Source: an uncultured Candidatus Saccharibacteria bacterium
GTDB taxonomy: Bacteria; Patescibacteriota; Saccharimonadia; Saccharimonadales; AWTP1-31
NCBI GenBank assembly: GCA_937903325.1
Contig: CALCZR010000059.1
Span: 65,489-129,488, forward strand
Length of the DNA: 64,000 bases
Direction: 5' to 3'
The position numbers and the translations under genes were made by a program. This document shows positions 63,310 to 64,000 of this stretch, in pieces. The first letter of the stretch is position 1. Each line of letters starts with the position of its first letter. The notes below the pieces were generated by a model. The model made no database searches, was not told the DNA's origin, and worked only from the letters and a program-made list of their open reading frames with translations.

Positions 63310-64000
63310 ATGGATCCGTCATACAACCAGCCGCAACCGGGTATGCAAGGTGGTGCGCCGTTTAACGCCGCCCCTCAAGCTACACCCCTTGCAGCACCCG
63401 TTAATAATCAAGGCCTGGGCGGACAACCGTACGCCATGCCTGGCGCCGTACCCGCCGTCGCCCCACCACCCAACACTTATAATCCTCAGATGGCCACCCC
63501 GCAGCCACAAGCTACTCCAGGCGTCACTCAAGCTTCACCTACAATTGCTCCTAAGGCCAACCCCAACAGCACCCAGAACGCCCTCCAGATAGCCGAAGTT
63601 CGTGACGGTATCGTGATTATGAACGACGGTAGCTTCCGCTCGGTCATTATGGTCAAGTCTATTAACTTTGATCTCATGAGCCCCCAAGAAAGGGAAGCGG
63701 TTGAATTTAGCTACCAAGGTTTCTTAAACTCCTTGTATTTCCCAATCCAGATCATGGTGCGATCCCAAAAGGTTGATCTCGGTCCCTATATTGCTAAGCT
63801 CGATAAGATTCGTACTGAGCACGACAACATGCTCCTCGCGCTTCTCATGGAAGACTATATAAATTACATGGACCAGTTGAGTCAGCAAACAAACATCATG
63901 GACAAGAAATTCTACGTTGTTATTCCGTACTTCCCGACAACCGACTTGCAAGGCGCCCTCAAAGATAGCAAGGGCCTGATCGCTGGACTAGGTGCCATGT
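63310..64000 (+). CDS. virB4: VirB4/TrsE/PrgJ-like T4SS ATPase, N-terminal part (continues past right edge)
   Basis: Absent from the ORF track because it is open-ended. The frame is open from the ATG at 63310 to the window end. A Pro/Gln-rich extension of about 85 aa is followed by IAEVRDGIVIMNDGSFRSVIMVKSINFDLMSPQEREAVEFSYQGFLNSLYFPIQIMVRSQKVDL...KKFYVVIPYFP. This matches the N-terminal domain pattern of Gram-positive VirB4 homologs. Confidence 0.75.
   Translation, partial: MDPSYNQPQPGMQGGAPFNAAPQATPLAAPVNNQGLGGQPYAMPGAVPAVAPPPNTYNPQMATPQPQATPGVTQASPTIAPKANPNSTQNALQIAEVRDGIVIMNDGSFRSVIMVKSINFDLMSPQEREAVEFSYQGFLNSLYFPIQIMVRSQKVDLGPYIAKLDKIRTEHDNMLLALLMEDYINYMDQLSQQTNIMDKKFYVVIPYFPTTDLQGALKDSKGLIAGLGAM

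Overview
This 64 kb window is a gene-dense chromosomal segment with about 1 kb per gene, many stop/start overlaps and mostly minus-strand genes. Its content fits a reduced-genome Patescibacteria/CPR (Saccharibacteria-like) organism. That placement is inferred from gene content only; no searches were run. Most genes are housekeeping: truB, rpsT, holA, mutM, polA, two sigma-70 factors, dnaG, orn, msrB, mscL, argS, groES-groEL with tandem CIRCE operators, tsaD and valS. Other recognisable genes are a P-type ATPase, a PGI/PMI isomerase, a Mur ligase, an arginase-family enzyme, three HAD paralogs, NUDIX, HIT, Hsp20 and ComF. There are four tRNA genes: Ser-CGA, Arg-GCG, Ser-TGA and Ser-GCT. I found no rRNA, CRISPR array, transposase or integrase.

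The main finding is a type IV secretion locus at about 54.4-64.0 kb that runs off the right edge. On the minus strand it has an operon of six tandem VirB2/TrbC-like pilin paralogs, each with a Cys pair in a variable ectodomain; one is a 301-aa Cys-rich 'giant pilin'. Divergent from it is a plus-strand operon with a 1074-aa VirB6/TcpH-like protein, a 427-aa soluble orphan, a PrgI/VirB3-like protein and the N-terminus of VirB4.

Other points worth a second look:
- A 1.7 kb islet between the facing 3' ends of two tRNA-Ser genes encodes a protein with proteasome-like Thr1/Asp17/Lys34 spacing.
- A three-gene module has an archaeal-type CarS, a PHP phosphoesterase and a CDP-alcohol phosphatidyltransferase.
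- The DnaG primase has lost all four zinc ligands.
- A DHH-like protein has degenerate catalytic motifs.
- Two orphan proteins carry HExxH motifs.
- One protein has a PP2C-like domain.
- valS has a roughly 300-nt structured leader.
- Several -10 boxes sit so close to start codons that the transcripts look leaderless.
- Convergent genes often overlap at their stop codons.

All functional calls rest on motifs read by eye.
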